DNA of 64,000 nucleotides from Friedmanniella sp. (lineage in GTDB: Bacteria > Actinomycetota > Actinomycetes > Propionibacteriales > Propionibacteriaceae): contig JBJMIS010000026.1 of assembly GCA_045806705.1 (NCBI GenBank), positions 1,592 through 65,591 of the forward strand, in the 5' to 3' direction. The notes under the pieces are model-generated. The model was not told the origin of the DNA, made no database searches, and saw nothing but the letters and a program-made list of their open reading frames with translations. Below, piece after piece: positions 19,938 through 29,626 of the stretch. Position 1 is the first letter of the stretch. Each line of letters starts with the position of its first letter. A program made the position numbers and the translations under genes.

Positions 19938-20789
19938 CTAGAGCCAGGCTGAACGGACCACTCCCTCGGTGTGGACACTGTGCAGTCGTTGGCCGGGTCT
20001 GAGATCGCGCAGCCCGTCCGCGAGGGAGCTGGTGGGCAGAACCAACCGGTGGCCCGCGGCGGTGACCACCAGTGGCCGCTGTCGGGCATCGGTGTAGCCG
20101 GTGGTGGTGACGACGCTGTACTCGGCTAGGTGCGCCGAGCCGGGGACGAGCAGCGCGGCAGTGGCGGCACCGATGCCGAGTGCGGCGGCCGGCACGAGAT
20201 CGGCCTCCGTGTCCACGTCCGCGCGAGCGTCGGGCACGGGGCTGGCCAGCACCGCGTCGGTCAGCGGCTCGGCTCCTGACCGTGCGTGGGCGGCTGCCGA
20301 ACCGCCCTGGAAGTGCGGGTCCAAGCCGACGCCGCCCGCGATCAGCATCGTTGTGCCGATGCCGGAGGCGTCCGCGAGGTAGTACCGACCCTCCGCCGGG
20401 CTTGCGGCCAGGACGGTCCGCACACTGGCGGGCCGCAGCGCTGGCAGGTCGCCGACCGAGGCCAGGACCCGCGCGTGTCCCGCCTGGTTCAGCAGCCGGG
20501 CACCTCGGGCGAGCGCGCCGTTCATCCCCTCGGCCCCCGCCTCCCCGACCACCCTGGCCCGGACCCCCGCGCGGGCCAGCCGGCTCGCCAGGGCCGGCTG
20601 GTCGCTGACGACGAGAACCTCGGCAACCGTCGCCGCGAGCGCGGTCAGGGTGTCCACGGCCATCGTCCAGGCCAGCCGTCGCCGCAGCGGATCGGGCACG
20701 GTGTCCAGCCGCGACTTGGCATGCGTCACGGGCTTGAGCGCGACGACGGCAGCGGTAGACCCGCCCATCTCAGGGGCGTCCTGTCGCAC
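19938..20789 (-). CDS. cofC: F420 biosynthesis guanylyltransferase CofC/FbiD with C-terminal extension
   Basis: LKPVTHAKSRL, GDLPAL, DASGIGTT, FQGGSAAAH, DVDT; start 20789 or 20768. Confidence 0.88.
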   Translation of the reverse strand: MRQDAPEMGGSTAAVVALKPVTHAKSRLDTVPDPLRRRLAWTMAVDTLTALAATVAEVLVVSDQPALASRLARAGVRARVVGEAGAEGMNGALARGARLLNQAGHARVLASVGDLPALRPASVRTVLAASPAEGRYYLADASGIGTTMLIAGGVGLDPHFQGGSAAAHARSGAEPLTDAVLASPVPDARADVDTEADLVPAAALGIGAATAALLVPGSAHLAEYSVVTTTGYTDARQRPLVVTAAGHRLVLPTSSLADGLRDLRPGQRLHSVHTEGVVRSAWL

Positions 20790-20895
20790 ACGCGTCCATG
20801 ATCAGCCGATGCTGCCACGGTCCCGTAGGCTGCGCTCACGTCGGGCTGTGGTGCCTGACGGACCGGCGGGCACCGGACCGGGAAGAGGTGGGGCG

Positions 20896-21675
20896 ATGGG
20901 CGGCGGTCCTGGCCACGCGTCGACCACGGTCCTGAAGCCGCTGTCGCAGGCCAACCGGGAACCGGGCCGCGAAGTGATCTTCGCTGTCGTCACGCTCCTG
21001 CACGCGGTGCTCAAACCCTTCACGAGGCGGGACTGGCGGAACCAGGACAAGGTGCCGTCGACCGGTGGGGTGGTGTTCGTCGCCAACCACATCTCCAACG
21101 TCGACCCCCTCGTGATCGGGCAGTACCTGGCTTTCTCCGGGCGCTGGCCGCGCTTCCTGGCCAAGGCCTCGCTGTTCCGGGTTCCGGTGCTGGGGGCCGT
21201 GCTCAGGGGCTGCGGCCAGATCCCCGTGCAGCGCGGCTCCGCCGCGGCCAAGGACGCCCTGAGCGCAGCGGTCGCGGCGGTGCGGGACGGTCGGGCTGTT
21301 GTCGTCTACGTCGAGGGCACCATCACCCTCGACCCGGGGCTCTGGCCGATGCGGGGCCGTACCGGCGCCGCCCGGATCGCCCTGCAGACGGGCGCTCCCG
21401 TCATCCCGCTGGGCCAGTGGGGGGCGCAGGACATCATGTACGGCAAGCGCATCCATTTCCCCAAGCTGCTGCCCCGGAAGACGCTCCGGGTGCTGGCGGG
21501 CGACCCCGTCCCGCTGGACGACCTGCGCGAAGAGCCGATGACCGGGGCCGTGCTGGCGGAGGCGACGGAGCGGATCCTCGCATCCCTGACGGCGCTCGTC
21601 GCGGAGCTTCGTGCCGAGCCGCCGCCGGTTCAGCGCTACGACCCACGACTCGATGCTCCCGGAGTGCAGCCGTGA
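20896..21675 (+). CDS. Lysophospholipid (1-acyl-G3P) acyltransferase
   Basis: NHISNVD (HX4D), FLAKASLF, YVEGT. Confidence 0.9.
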   Translation: MGGGPGHASTTVLKPLSQANREPGREVIFAVVTLLHAVLKPFTRRDWRNQDKVPSTGGVVFVANHISNVDPLVIGQYLAFSGRWPRFLAKASLFRVPVLGAVLRGCGQIPVQRGSAAAKDALSAAVAAVRDGRAVVVYVEGTITLDPGLWPMRGRTGAARIALQTGAPVIPLGQWGAQDIMYGKRIHFPKLLPRKTLRVLAGDPVPLDDLREEPMTGAVLAEATERILASLTALVAELRAEPPPVQRYDPRLDAPGVQP

Positions 21676-22682
21676 CGCCGCCGGCTCCTGCGCGGGTCGC
21701 GGTGATGGGCTCCGGCTCGTGGGGAACAGCTTTCGCGCTGGTGCTGAGCGACGCCGGCAACGAGGTCACGCTGTGGGCTCGACGGCCGGAGCTGGCGGCT
21801 GCCATCAACGCCGACCACCGCAACGCCGACTACTTCCCCGACGTCCCGCTGCCCGCGTCGGTGCGGGCGGTGAGCGAGCCGGAGCAGGCCATGAGCGGCG
21901 CCGACGTCGTCGTGCTGGCGGTGCCGTCCCAGTCGCTGCGGAGCAACCTGGGACACTGGCCGATCCCCTCGGGTGCGGTCGTGGTCAGCCTGGCGAAGGG
22001 GATCGAGCTCGGCACCGGCCTGCGGATGAGCGAGGTGGTCGCCGAGGCCGGCAAGGTGCCGCCGGAGCGGATCGCGGTGGTCACCGGACCGAACCTCGCC
22101 CGCGAGATCGCCGAGCGGCAGCCGTCTGCGAGCGTGGTCGCCAGCACCTCCGAGGAGACGGCTGCCGCCCTGCAGCAGGTGTGCCACACGGCCCGGTTCC
22201 GCGCTTACACCAATCCCGACGTGATCGGGTGCGAGCTCGGCGGAGCCACCAAGAACGTGATTGCTCTCGCCGTCGGGATGGCCGTCGGGCTGGGTCTGGG
22301 CGCCAACGCGACCGCGTCGGTGATCACCCGGGGGCTGGCCGAGATCACCCGGCTCGGGCTGGCGCTGGGTGCGGACCCCTACACCTTCGCCGGCCTCGCC
22401 GGTCTCGGCGACCTGGTGGCCACCTGCTCGTCGCCGCTCTCCCGCAACCGCACGTTCGGGGAGGAGCTGGGCCGCGGCCGCAGCGTCGCCGAGCTGACCG
22501 CCGCCACCCGGCAGGTGGCCGAGGGTGTGCTGTCCTGCGCGTCCATCCAGGCCCTCGCCGCCCAGCACGGCGTCGAGATGCCGATCGTCGAGAACGTCGC
22601 CGCCGTCATCGACGGTTCGCTCACCCCCACGGAACTGATCACCACCTTGATGTCGCGGTCCGCGAAACCCGAGCGTTACTAG
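21672..22682 (+). CDS. gpsA: NAD(P)H-dependent glycerol-3-phosphate dehydrogenase
   Basis: GSGSWGTA, GPNLAREI, KNVIAL, GLGDLVATC.S..SRN; GTGA overlap with upstream stop. Confidence 0.96.
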   Translation: MTPPAPARVAVMGSGSWGTAFALVLSDAGNEVTLWARRPELAAAINADHRNADYFPDVPLPASVRAVSEPEQAMSGADVVVLAVPSQSLRSNLGHWPIPSGAVVVSLAKGIELGTGLRMSEVVAEAGKVPPERIAVVTGPNLAREIAERQPSASVVASTSEETAAALQQVCHTARFRAYTNPDVIGCELGGATKNVIALAVGMAVGLGLGANATASVITRGLAEITRLGLALGADPYTFAGLAGLGDLVATCSSPLSRNRTFGEELGRGRSVAELTAATRQVAEGVLSCASIQALAAQHGVEMPIVENVAAVIDGSLTPTELITTLMSRSAKPERY

Positions 22683-22715
22683 AGCAGTCGCCCGGGTCCG
22701 CGGCGGGAGGGAGGA

Positions 22716-23867
22716 TCAGCGGACGGCCTCGAGTGCCTGCTCGAGGTCAGACCAGAGATCCTCGACGTGCTCGACGCCGACGGAGAGCCGGACGAGCCCC
22801 TCGGGGACGGTGGGGAGCTCGCCGGGCCAGCGGCGACGACGCTCGAAGGTCGACTCGACACCGCCGAGGCTCGTGGCGAAGACCCAGATCTTCGCCGCAT
22901 CGACGAAGGCGTCGGCCGTGCCGGCGTCGGCCAGCTCGAGGGAGATCACGGAGCCGAAACCTCTCATGGTCCGCGCCGCCCGGTCGTGCCCAGGGTCACC
23001 CGGCAAGCCGGGATAGCGGACCCGCCGGACGGCTGGGTGTCGCACCAGTCGCTCGGCCAGTACGCCCGCGTTGTGCTGCGCCCGCTCGAGCCGCAGCGGC
23101 AGCGTTCGCAGCCCGCGGAGCGCGAGGTAGGCCTCCATCGTCCCTGGCGTGGCGCCGTGCGACCGGCGGACGGAGTCCAGGGTCTGCAACGTCTCGGTGT
23201 CGGACTCACGGACGACCAGCGCACCCAGCAGGGCGTCGGAGTGGCCGGCGATGAACTTGGTGACGGCGTGCAGGACGATGTCCGCCCCGGTCGTCAGCGG
23301 CTGCTGGAGCAACGGGGTCGCGAAGGTGTTGTCCACGACCAGCCGGACCTTCCCGGCGAGGGCGGCGCCCAGCGCCGGCAGGTCCGCCACCTCGATGGTC
23401 GGGTTGGTCGGCGACTCCACCCAGACCAGGTCCGCGCCCTCGGCCGCCGACAGCACGGCTGCCGTGTCGGCGATGTCGACCCTCCGCACCGTCCAGCCGT
23501 CCTTGGCGCCTCGCAGGTCGATCGCCGCTGCGATCCCCAGATAGCAGGTGTGGGGGAGCACGATCGTGCTGCCCGGTCCCAACAGCTCCAGCACCGCGTG
23601 CGCTGCCGCCATCCCGGAGGAGAAGGTCAGCGCCCGACCGCCCTCCAGCGCCCCGATGGCGTCCTCCAGCGCTCGCCACGTCGGGTTGCCGTACCGCCCG
23701 TAGCCGAGCTCGGCTGTCGCGGGGTCGTGGCTGCCGACGTAGGTCGAGGCGAAGCTGACCGGCGGGTTCAGCGGAGCGTCCACCGCCTTCTCGGGTCGTC
23801 CCACGGTCACCGCCACCGTCTCGGGGTGCAGTGGAGGGAGGCCGGGCGGGAGGGGCTGGGAGGTCAT
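22716..23867 (-). CDS. Cys/Met metabolism PLP enzyme (cystathionine gamma-synthase-like)
   Basis: YGRYGNPT, FSSGMAA, ESPTNP, DNTFATP, TKFIAGHSD, SLGGVES. Confidence 0.9.
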   Translation of the reverse strand: MTSQPLPPGLPPLHPETVAVTVGRPEKAVDAPLNPPVSFASTYVGSHDPATAELGYGRYGNPTWRALEDAIGALEGGRALTFSSGMAAAHAVLELLGPGSTIVLPHTCYLGIAAAIDLRGAKDGWTVRRVDIADTAAVLSAAEGADLVWVESPTNPTIEVADLPALGAALAGKVRLVVDNTFATPLLQQPLTTGADIVLHAVTKFIAGHSDALLGALVVRESDTETLQTLDSVRRSHGATPGTMEAYLALRGLRTLPLRLERAQHNAGVLAERLVRHPAVRRVRYPGLPGDPGHDRAARTMRGFGSVISLELADAGTADAFVDAAKIWVFATSLGGVESTFERRRRWPGELPTVPEGLVRLSVGVEHVEDLWSDLEQALEAVR

Positions 23868-23959
23868 GCGGGCTAGTCTCGCGCGTCGACCGAGCCGGTC
23901 CGGGCCCCGCCGGTAGGGTCGGAGGCCGACCAGGGCAACACCGGCAAGGGGTGCAGCAG

Positions 23960-25120
23960 ATGAGCGACAGCTTGTCGAGTGGGGACCACTCGACCGACGG
24001 CCGCACCCGCGTCGCGGTGATCTTCGGTGGCACGAGCAGCGAGCACGGGGTCTCCTGCCTGACCGCCGCCGGTGTTCTCGGTGCTCTCGACCCGGCCCGC
24101 TACGACGTCGTCGGCATCGGCATCACCCGGTCCGGGCGCTGGGTCCTGGTCGAGCCCGACGCCCTCGCCCGGCTGCAGGTGAGCGAGGGACGGCTGCCCG
24201 AGCTCAGCGAGGACGCGGCCGACGCGGTCCTGCTGCGCGAGGCAGCCGGGACCGAGCTCGCTCTGCGTGCCCAGGCGGGACCCGGCCGCTCGGCCCTGGC
24301 CGCCCTGGGTCGGCTCGACGTCGCCCTGGCTCTGCTGCACGGCCCGTTCGGTGAGGACGGCACCATCCAGGGACTCTTCGAGATGATGGGCGTCCGCTAC
24401 GTCGGAGCCGGCGTCCTGGCCAGTGCCGTCGGCATGGACAAGCACTTCATGAAGCTGGTGCTGGCGGCCTCGGGCCTGCCGGTGGGGCCCTTCGTGGCCG
24501 TCCCTGCCGCGGAGTGGGCGCGTGACCGGACCGCCTGCCTCGAGGCGGTCGCCGCGCTCGGCCTTCCGGTGTTCGTGAAGCCGGCTCGGGGTGGCTCCAG
24601 CCTCGGCATCACCAAGGTGGACCGCGCCGAGGAGGTCGGGGCGGCGATCGAGGAGGCGCAGCGCTTCGACCCGAAGGTCATCGTGGAGGAGGGCTTCGTC
24701 GGCGCCCGTGAGCTGGAGTGCGGCGTGCTCGCCGAGCTGGACGGCAGCCGGGCGACCGCCAGCCAGGTCGCTGAGATCCGTGTCCAGAGCGCGTCCGGCT
24801 TCTACGACTTCGAGGCCAAGTACCTGCCGGAGGAGCAGGTCGCCCTCGACGTGCCCGCCGACATCCCGCCGGACCTGGCGCGGGAGGTGCAGGATCTGGC
24901 GGTCCGGACGTTCGAGGCGATCGGCTGTGAGGGACTGGCCCGGGTGGACGTGTTCGTCACCGCAGAGGGGCGGGTGGTGGTGAACGAGATCAACACGATG
25001 CCCGGTTTCACCGTCCACTCGATGTTCCCCCGGATGTGGGCGGCCAGTGGGCTCAGCTACCCGGAGCTCGTCGACCGGCTGATCCAGCTGGCGCTGCGCC
25101 GCCCTGTCGGCCTCCGCTGA
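23960..25120 (+). CDS. ddl: D-alanine--D-alanine ligase
   Basis: FGGTSSEHGVS, LHGPFGEDGTIQG, GGSSLG, YDFEAKY, NEINTMPGFT. Confidence 0.97.
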   Translation: MSDSLSSGDHSTDGRTRVAVIFGGTSSEHGVSCLTAAGVLGALDPARYDVVGIGITRSGRWVLVEPDALARLQVSEGRLPELSEDAADAVLLREAAGTELALRAQAGPGRSALAALGRLDVALALLHGPFGEDGTIQGLFEMMGVRYVGAGVLASAVGMDKHFMKLVLAASGLPVGPFVAVPAAEWARDRTACLEAVAALGLPVFVKPARGGSSLGITKVDRAEEVGAAIEEAQRFDPKVIVEEGFVGARELECGVLAELDGSRATASQVAEIRVQSASGFYDFEAKYLPEEQVALDVPADIPPDLAREVQDLAVRTFEAIGCEGLARVDVFVTAEGRVVVNEINTMPGFTVHSMFPRMWAASGLSYPELVDRLIQLALRRPVGLR

Positions 25121-25123
25121 CGC

Positions 25124-25612
25124 TCAACGGCACGGCTGCAGAAGCGGGTCGTGCGCGGACACGGCCGCCGCCAGGTCGGCCAGCGGGCTCACCTCCGGCG
25201 CGTACTGGTGGGGTACTCCCACCTCCACGAAGACGGCCCGGCCGATGGTGGTGAAGAGGACGCCGCCTTCGGCGTCCTCGCTGAACCAGCCCACCCCGTT
25301 GACCTCCAGGCACTCACTTGTCGGGCCCAGCCCCGGCGGTGCTGACACGCCGCAGCGCAGCGTGATCGGCGGGTCCCCCCAGGCCCGCGTCCAGACCCCC
25401 GGCTCGGTGGGACGGCGGGTGGCCTGCAGCACCTGGTCGGGCAGGGCGGCCAGCAGAGCGGTGCAGCGGGCCTGGCCTGCCGGGTCCGGTTGGGGTTCGG
25501 CCACGGAGACGGCGCCGGAGCACGACGCCGAGAGGAGAAGGGCCGCGAGGAGTGCCGCCCTGGTCGTGAGGCCGGGGAGACGCCGTCGACTCAGATGTGG
25601 ACGACGGGACAC
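25124..25612 (-). CDS. DUF3515 family lipoprotein
   Basis: LSASC lipobox, AWGDPPITLRCGV, VNGVGW; start GTG 25612 or CTG 25594. Confidence 0.85.
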   Translation of the reverse strand: MSRRPHLSRRRLPGLTTRAALLAALLLSASCSGAVSVAEPQPDPAGQARCTALLAALPDQVLQATRRPTEPGVWTRAWGDPPITLRCGVSAPPGLGPTSECLEVNGVGWFSEDAEGGVLFTTIGRAVFVEVGVPHQYAPEVSPLADLAAAVSAHDPLLQPCR

Positions 25613-25827
25613 GTCACCGTTCGGGTGATCCCCGGCACGGTCTGCACCTGCGCGACGACCAGCCGGCCCAGCTCGTCGACGCTGGTCGCCTCCGCCCGCA
25701 CGATGACGTCGTACGGGCCGGTCACGTCCTCCGCCCGCGTCACCCCGGTGATGGCGCTGATCGCCTGCGCGACCTCGGCTGCCTTCCCGACGTTGGTCTG
25801 GATGAGGATGTAGGCCTGCACGACCAT
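25591..25827 (-). CDS. Lrp/AsnC ligand-binding domain protein
   Basis: MVVQAYILIQT..GKA, VTGPYDVIVR, GITRTVTCPVVHI. Confidence 0.92.
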   Translation of the reverse strand: MVVQAYILIQTNVGKAAEVAQAISAITGVTRAEDVTGPYDVIVRAEATSVDELGRLVVAQVQTVPGITRTVTCPVVHI

Positions 25828-25916
25828 GGCGCTTCCCTTCGGTCGCGAACGCGTACGCTCGCCGGTGTGCGTCACCGTACCGCGTCCGCCGGCCCTGCCG
25901 CAGATCCGGAGCGGTC

Positions 25917-26903
25917 GTGAGCGGCGCGAGCGCACTGCCCGGTAGCACGACGCTCAGCGAGGTCGGCGAGTTCGGCCTGATCGACGTGGTCACGGCTGAT
26001 CTCCCTGCTGCGGACGACGTCCTGCTCGGTCCCGGTGACGACGGCGCCGTCCTCGCCGTCGACGGCCCCGTGGTCACCTCGGTGGACCTGCTGATCGAGA
26101 ACGTCCACTTCAAGCTCGGCTGGTCGGACCCGGCGGACATCGGCCGGAAGGCCGTCGCCGTCAACGTCGCCGACCTCGAGGCGATGGGGGCACGCGCGAC
26201 CGGAGTGCTGCTCGGCTTCTCCGGGCCACCCCAGCTGCAGCTGCGGTGGGTGCGGGAGTTCGTCACCGGGCTGAACGCCGAGTGCGCCGCGGCGGGGGTG
26301 AGCCTGCTCGGCGGTGACGTCACCCGGTCCCGGGACATCACGCTGAGCGTCACCGTGCTGGGTGGGCTCGACGGGCGTGCCCCCGTCCGCCGGAGCGGGG
26401 CACGGGCGGGCGACGTGGTCGCGCTCCGCGGCCGGACCGGCTGGGCCGCGGCCGGACTGGTGGTCCTTGGTCGCGGGTTCCGCTCACCCCGGGCGGTGGT
26501 CGAGGCGCAGCGGGTGCCGCAGGTGCCCTACGGCGCCGGAGCCGTCGCGGCTCGGGCCGGCGCCAGCGCGATGGTGGACGTCTCCGACGGGCTGGTTGCC
26601 GACCTCGGTCACGTGGCTCGGGCCTCCGGCGTGGTGATCGACCTGCACCGCGACGCCTTCGAGGTGCCCGAGCCCCTGCAGGCGGTCGCCGGCGCCACCG
26701 GCGCCGACCCCTACCAGCTGCTGCTGACCGGCGGGGAGGACCATGCCCTCGCGGCGACCTTCGCCGCTGACCGGGTGCCGGAGGGTTGGCGCGTCGTGGG
26801 TGAGGTCCTCACCTCAGATCCGGAGGCGTCGGCCGGAGTGCTGGTGGACGGCGCCGTCTGGGAGTCCGTCGGGGGCTTCGACCACTTCGGCCACAGCCGA
26901 TGA
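25917..26903 (+). CDS. thiL: Thiamine-monophosphate kinase
   Basis: GEFGLI, GPGDDGAV, NVADLEAMGA, GGD, DVSDGL, GGEDH. Confidence 0.96.
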   Translation: MSGASALPGSTTLSEVGEFGLIDVVTADLPAADDVLLGPGDDGAVLAVDGPVVTSVDLLIENVHFKLGWSDPADIGRKAVAVNVADLEAMGARATGVLLGFSGPPQLQLRWVREFVTGLNAECAAAGVSLLGGDVTRSRDITLSVTVLGGLDGRAPVRRSGARAGDVVALRGRTGWAAAGLVVLGRGFRSPRAVVEAQRVPQVPYGAGAVAARAGASAMVDVSDGLVADLGHVARASGVVIDLHRDAFEVPEPLQAVAGATGADPYQLLLTGGEDHALAATFAADRVPEGWRVVGEVLTSDPEASAGVLVDGAVWESVGGFDHFGHSR

Positions 26904-26951
26904 CCGGCGTGTGCGGGCGCCCGGGGACCCCCGATCGCGTAGCCTGCGACC

Positions 26952-29570
26952 ATGGCGACCCGCGCGTCTTCCCCACCGCGGTCTCGTAGCACTCCTGGTC
27001 CGTCCGGCTCAGGTGCGCGCCCGCGGTCGTCCGGAAGCAAGTCCAGCTCAGCATCGCGGTCCTCGACCGCGGTGCAGCCCCGCCCTGCCAGCCGGTCCGG
27101 CCGCTCCCGGCCCCAGACCCCGGCCGGTCGTTCAGGGTCCCGCCCCCGCGCGAAGGCGGTTCCCCGTCGGCCGTCCGCCCTGCAGCAGGTCGGCCGCGGC
27201 GTCCGAGCCCTCTGGCTCGGGCTGGCCCATGCCCTCGGCGCCGGAGCCCGCCGGATCGGTACCGGCGCACGGGACATGGACCCCGCGCTCCGCCGAGACG
27301 GGGTGGGGCTGCTCCTGGTCGGCGGCGCGATCGTCGTCGCGGCGGAGTTCTGGTGGGGTCTGCCCCAGCCGGTGGGCCGGGTGGTCCGGGTCGGCGTGTC
27401 CGGCGTCATCGGCACCCTGGCCTACGCGGCGCCCATCCTGCTCGCGCTGATGGCCTGGCGAACCCTGCGGCACCCCGACCGGAACGGCCCTGGAGGACGG
27501 CAGGCGGTCGGCTGGAGTGCACTGCTTCTCGGGCTGCTCGGCCTGGTGAACATTGCTCATGGGCTGCCCCGGACGAATGCCCCGGCCCAGCTCAGGGAGG
27601 CCGGTGGCATCGTCGGCTATATCTCCTCCAGCCTGCTCAGCGACCTGCTCAGCGTCTACGTCGCCGTGCCGCTGCTGACCCTGCTGACGCTGTTCGGCAT
27701 CCTCGTCGTGGTCGGCATCCCGCTGCACGAGCTCCCCGAGCGCCTTCGGGCCGTCCACGCGGCCCTCCAGCGCCCTCCCGTCAGCGGCGGGGCGGACACC
27801 GCTGTCCCCGACGGCCTCGAGTTCGGCCTCGACCGGGCCTACGACAGCCCCGTCATCGCCGAGCCGAAGGGCCGGAAGCGGCGTCCCCCGCTCGCGGCGC
27901 CCGATCAGGCGGAGGTCGAGGACGCGCCCGTCGAGCCGGATGAGGACCTCGAGGTGCAGCCGGACCAGCCCGGCCGACGCTCCGTCACGGCCGGCCTTCC
28001 TCCCGGGGTCACCGTGCACGGTGCCGACGACGCCGGCAGCGAGCTGGAGGCGCCGCCGCACACCCCCATCCCCCAGCGGGTGGAGCAGCTGCAGCTGTCC
28101 GGTGACGTGCAGTACCTGCTGCCCGACTCCGAGGTGCTCAAGCAGGGGAGCGTGCACAAGGCCCGCTCCGAGGCCTCCGACGCCGTGGTGCACCGGCTGA
28201 CCGAGGTGCTGCGCCAGTTCGAGATCGACGCCCAGGTGACGGGCTACTCCCGAGGTCCGACGGTGACGCGGTACGAGGTGGAGCTCGGGCCCGCCGTCAA
28301 GGTGGAGAAGGTCACCGCCCTGAGCAAGAACATCGCCTACGCGGTGGCCAGCGCCGACGTGCGGATCCTGTCGCCGATCCCCGGGAAGTCCGCCATCGGC
28401 ATCGAGATCCCCAACGTGGACAAGGAGGTGGTCTCGCTCGGGGACGTGCTGCGCTCGCCGAAGGCCCGCAACGACCACCACCCGATGACGGTGGGTCTCG
28501 GCAAGGACGTCGAGGGCGGCTTCGTCGTCGCGAACCTGGCCAAGACGCCGCACCTGTTGGTGGCCGGCGCGACCGGCTCCGGCAAGTCCAGCTTCGTCAA
28601 CTCGATGATCACCTCGATCCTGATGCGGGCCACGCCTGATGAGGTGCGGATGCTGATGGTCGACCCCAAGCGGGTCGAGCTCACGGCGTACGAGGGGGTG
28701 CCGCACCTGGTCACCCCGATCATCACGAACGCGAAGAAGGCGGCGGAGGCGCTGCAGTGGGTCGTGCGCGAGATGGACCTGCGCTACGACGACCTCGCGG
28801 CCTTCGGGTTCCGGCACATCGACGACTTCAACAAGGCGGTCCGGGCCGGGTCGGTGAAGCCCTTGGAGGGCTCCGAGCGGGTGCTGGCCCCGTACCCCTA
28901 CCTGCTGGTGATCGTGGACGAGCTCGCCGACCTGATGATGGTGGCGCCGCGGGACGTGGAGGACTCGATCGTCCGGATCACCCAGCTCGCCCGCGCCGCC
29001 GGTATCCACCTGGTGCTGGCGACGCAGCGTCCCAGCACCGACGTCGTCACCGGCCTGATCAAGGCCAACGTGCCCAGCCGGCTCGCCTTCGCGACGTCGT
29101 CGATGACCGACTCCCGCGTCATCCTCGACCAACCGGGCGCGGAGAAGCTGGTCGGTCAGGGTGACGGCCTGTTCCTGCCGATGGGGTCGAGCAAGGCGAT
29201 CCGGATCCAGGGCGCCTGGGTGACCGAGAACGAGGTGCGCCAGGTGGTCGCGCACGTCACCGAGCAGCTGAAGCCCAGCTACCGGGAGGACGTGACCGCT
29301 CCCGCCGAAGCCAGCGCCAAGGTGGCCGAGGACATCGGGGACGACCTGGACCTCGTGGTGCAGGCCGCCGAGCTGGTGGTGAACCTCCAGCTCGGGTCGA
29401 CCTCGATGCTGCAGCGGAAGCTCCGCGTCGGCTTCGCCAAGGCGGGGCGGCTGATGGACATCCTCGAGACGCGCGGCGTCGTCGGGCACTCGGAGGGTTC
29501 GAAGCCTCGGGAGGTCCTGGTCAAGCCCGACGAGCTCGAGGTCGTGCTGGACAACCTCCGTCTCGGCTAG
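26952..29570 (+). CDS. ftsK: DNA translocase FtsK
   Basis: N-terminal TMs, [25 protein letters not shown], gamma domain [18 protein letters not shown]. Confidence 0.98.
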   Translation: MATRASSPPRSRSTPGPSGSGARPRSSGSKSSSASRSSTAVQPRPASRSGRSRPQTPAGRSGSRPRAKAVPRRPSALQQVGRGVRALWLGLAHALGAGARRIGTGARDMDPALRRDGVGLLLVGGAIVVAAEFWWGLPQPVGRVVRVGVSGVIGTLAYAAPILLALMAWRTLRHPDRNGPGGRQAVGWSALLLGLLGLVNIAHGLPRTNAPAQLREAGGIVGYISSSLLSDLLSVYVAVPLLTLLTLFGILVVVGIPLHELPERLRAVHAALQRPPVSGGADTAVPDGLEFGLDRAYDSPVIAEPKGRKRRPPLAAPDQAEVEDAPVEPDEDLEVQPDQPGRRSVTAGLPPGVTVHGADDAGSELEAPPHTPIPQRVEQLQLSGDVQYLLPDSEVLKQGSVHKARSEASDAVVHRLTEVLRQFEIDAQVTGYSRGPTVTRYEVELGPAVKVEKVTALSKNIAYAVASADVRILSPIPGKSAIGIEIPNVDKEVVSLGDVLRSPKARNDHHPMTVGLGKDVEGGFVVANLAKTPHLLVAGATGSGKSSFVNSMITSILMRATPDEVRMLMVDPKRVELTAYEGVPHLVTPIITNAKKAAEALQWVVREMDLRYDDLAAFGFRHIDDFNKAVRAGSVKPLEGSERVLAPYPYLLVIVDELADLMMVAPRDVEDSIVRITQLARAAGIHLVLATQRPSTDVVTGLIKANVPSRLAFATSSMTDSRVILDQPGAEKLVGQGDGLFLPMGSSKAIRIQGAWVTENEVRQVVAHVTEQLKPSYREDVTAPAEASAKVAEDIGDDLDLVVQAAELVVNLQLGSTSMLQRKLRVGFAKAGRLMDILETRGVVGHSEGSKPREVLVKPDELEVVLDNLRLG

Positions 29571-29626
29571 TCCGAGACGCGACGGCGCGACGGGTGCCGG
29601 CCAGCCCGACGTCGTGCGGGCACGTG

